DNA of 64,000 nt, from assembly GCA_030704615.1 (NCBI GenBank), contig CM060734.1:54126001-54190000 (forward strand), written 5' to 3'. Below, one piece after another: positions 61,164 to 64,000 of the stretch; positions within the stretch are counted from its first letter, which is position 1; each line of letters starts with the position of its first letter. Under the pieces are notes generated by a model. The model saw nothing but the letters and a program-made list of their open reading frames with translations. It was not told the DNA's origin and searched no databases. The translations under genes and the position numbers were made by a program. Source of the DNA: Takakia lepidozioides (taxonomy: Eukaryota; Plantae; Bryophyta).

Positions 61164-63090
61164 TGGACTGGTTTTTCATCCAGTAGATGAAAACCTATTT
61201 TTCTCATCCATTGGTCATCCGCTGTTTATCCCTGCAATTGGATGAAAAACTGCATTCCTCATCCTCTATATATCCACCGTTCATCCATCCCACGGATGAA
61301 ATACTGCCTATTTCATCCACCATCATCCATCCGTAAAAAAATCAACTCAAAGACACATGCCAGTCACTCGGTCATTTCTCACACTTGGAAACCCAATAAT
61401 CATTGGTTCAAATTCTATGGACTTTCTTCCGCTTTCTTTCGCGAGGTGTCTCGTGTTGCCCCGCAAGGCCGTTTCGGCCCTAAGTAATTTCCTATGACTC
61501 TAAACGACGGCACCGAGGTGACCTTAGCAGCCCCTTAAACTCAAGATTAGCCACTAAAATCTACCCCAAATGCACCATCCCTACCCCTCATGCTATACTA
61601 ATCTCTCTCAAAAGATTAAAGTGATCACCCCCGTATCCGCTGGATAGCCATGCTTGGAACAGATGAAGGAAGCAAAGATCAGTGAAGGAGGACTTATCTT
61701 TATCATAGGATTCGGACATTGAGGAACAAAGATCACCTAAACCGAACATGCAATCTCGGTTATCAGCGTCACGTCTGTCAATCAGCGTCAGGTCATGTCA
61801 GACATGACGCTGACGGGACCTCCGTCACGTCAAGTCCCGGGAATATTTTGGTAAAAATAGTACTAGGTAAAATACTATCACTTAAGCAGCCACGTCGCCG
61901 ACACGGTGGTGGTGGCAAATATATTTTGAAAATTAACCAAATGAAAGCGACTGCCAATTCTGGCGGTCGCTTTATTTTTCGAAAGTAGGTTGCGTTGTAG
62001 GTTGCGTACAAAGTGTTGGGCTATCACATTGCATTCTACATTCACATGTTTATTTATAGGTCACTGTTTTTTGTTGCTCACATCACTAGGGCCCAGGGGA
62101 GTGGATATTGGGTGAAAGTATGGAGCCCTTGGTATACGGTAATCCCGAACACTGTCAGTGTCATGTGCAGTGTTGAGTGCAACCTATGTGGACTGAAGCT
62201 TTCTTATCGTAAGGATCGGCTGCTCACTCACCTCGGCTATAAAGGTGTGAAGAGTTTCGGGGTGGGTTTATGCCCTAAAGCATCTATGCGGGTAAAAACC
62301 CATTTTCCCCAGTGTGGAGGCAATATTTCAATATCTCTGGATCGCGACACGATCTCTGAGCAGAATATTTCATCTTCCCGTCAGGATGCCTCGATTAGTA
62401 CCTAAGGCGACAGGTTTCAGGTGTCTTGTGGGTTGTACCAGAGCAACACCTGCTTCAACACCTTTTTGTACCCCTACACTTCAACGGAGTAGAGTATTAC
62501 AGCAGCAATCCATGCAGAAAGGCATTAACTTGTCTGCGAAAAGGCAATTGGATAAAAAATGGACGTAGTTTTTATTCGAGGCCAACATACCGTTTAATGT
62601 GGCAAGGCTTCCGGCATTTGTTTCCGCCTTTAGAGCAACCTCGGAGTCCAGATCCACGTACGTGCCTCTTTCTTATCACAATCTTTGCACGAGATTGCTA
62701 GAAGACGCCATGACCGAGCTTACCCAAAACGTCAACGATAGGATGGGCAAGTACATCAGAAAATATGGAAGCACTATATGTGCCGATGATTGGAATTATG
62801 TTACAAATAGACCATTGTTCAATGTCGTGCTCGTATGTCTAGCTGGGGAACAATTCTTGGAATCGGTGAATACTAGCGGCGAGAAGAAAGATGGACGTTA
62901 TCAATGCCAACTATTGACAGACTTCATCGAACAGACCGGAAATGAAAGAATCGTGCAAATATGCACAGACAATGCCGGTAATATGAGAAACATTGCAGAC
63001 ATGTTATTGGCACGTTATCCCCATATGTACTATCAAGGTTGTGCTGCTCATATCTTTGATCTTTTTTTGGAAGATTGGGGAAAAGAAACC
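61164..63090 (+). mobile_element. Truncated hAT transposon with BED-finger / DUF659 transposase pseudogene
   Basis: TCATCC/GGATGA subterminal repeats at 61164-61335; VECNLC..RLLTHL..GLCPK zinc finger; EANIPFNV, STICADDW, TDNAGNM and CAAHIFDLFLEDWG motifs. Frameshift near 62400, stop at 62566, 3' half missing. Confidence 0.85.
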
Positions 63091-63094
63091 AACA

Positions 63095-64000
63095 CGGGCA
63101 AAACCACATTTTCCAATATATGCAAGGAAATGGGATCCTGATGTACACTCAGTGAGTGGACTAAGAGATGGGTGAGTAAAAGCCGTTCGACAGCCTCACT
63201 GCGTCTAGCAATGGCGCCGTAGTGTGGATTCCCCATGGCACAGTCTTCAAGAATACCTGATGTGTACATGGTTGTCTCTGGAGCAGTCTTTGACCACCCA
63301 TCGATGAAGAAGGGATACGAGCTCAGATGTCCACTGGGAATCAGCACAGTGTAGATGTACCTGCACAAATGAAAAACATAATGATATGAAACTATGTAAA
63401 CAGGGGCAGAAGGAGAACACAGACAAAGTGTAGTCTGGCAGCCTTGAAAGATCAGTGGAAGACAGTGATTATTTCTGGCAGAATGACAAGGTATTGTTCA
63501 GGCTTGCGTCAATGCAAGCCTGATCCTAGTTCTGCATAGACACCAATCACTGCCTTACTATCTGCCCAACAACCAAAGTCCCTTCTGTTCAGGCTTTCAT
63601 TGACGCAAGTCTGACTGCAGACGACAGAACTACACATTCTGCTTCACACTGGAAAAGCAGAACAAGAGCAAAATTTCACTTGCTTACCGAGATTTCATGC
63701 AGGAAGAACCATCTGGAAGGCAAAGGGAAGCCGGCCATAACTCTGCAAACATCCTTGTGTTAACGCAAGCCTGCCCAGAGCTAGCAAATGGAACACAACG
63801 AAAACAAAATGCAAAAGATAATTCAGCTCCATACTAACCTGTAAATGACTCGTTTGTCTGCTCTCCGTTATACTGCGCACTGAACATGTTGGAGCGTCCA
63901 ATCTGTCCTAGTATTGCAATCTCCCGAAAGAAGGCGTACTTCCAAACAATCCCTTTCCACCTCGAATGAAAGTGGAGAATGACTCGTCGGGCTCTGTGAC
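63095..64000 (-). other. Possible exons of an unidentified gene continuing beyond the window end
   Basis: Splice-like boundaries at ~63838 (donor), ~63780/63688 and 63360 (acceptor) bracket open frames. The phases do not join cleanly and no family was recognised. Confidence 0.3.

Overview
Eukaryotic, intron-rich land-plant nuclear DNA; the KP4 gene and PLS-PPR remnants suggest a moss or other bryophyte (inference). Six genes look intact. On +: a SPOROCYTELESS/TIE (SPEAR)-family EAR repressor (6.4-10.5 kb), PWP2 (11.9-16.2 kb), a CYP71-clan P450 (21.4-23.5 kb), an NDR kinase (40.4-48.2 kb) and a class II CIN-like TCP (52.1-53.9 kb). On -: a 7-exon, 208-aa QueC (7-cyano-7-deazaguanine synthase)-family gene (19.3-21.0 kb), head-to-head with the P450; this is unexpected because eukaryotes are considered to lack de novo preQ0/queuosine synthesis. 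From 23.8 to 38.7 kb lies a decayed accessory block: isolated PDS and FKBP exons, a LINE fragment, and a degenerate gene in which tandem OSB-type PDF ssDNA-binding motifs appear spliced to PLS-class PPR repeats. One intron of that gene holds a Ty3/Gypsy element (with internal micro-inversions) and a 4.9-kb non-autonomous CACTA element whose cargo is a paralogue of the gene it interrupts. Other items are an orphan DYW deaminase domain, a frameshifted KP4 killer-toxin-like gene whose promoter is part of a 760-bp palindrome, SINEs, MITEs and a broken hAT transposase. All gene models were built by hand from splice sites and recalled family motifs; no database searches were run.
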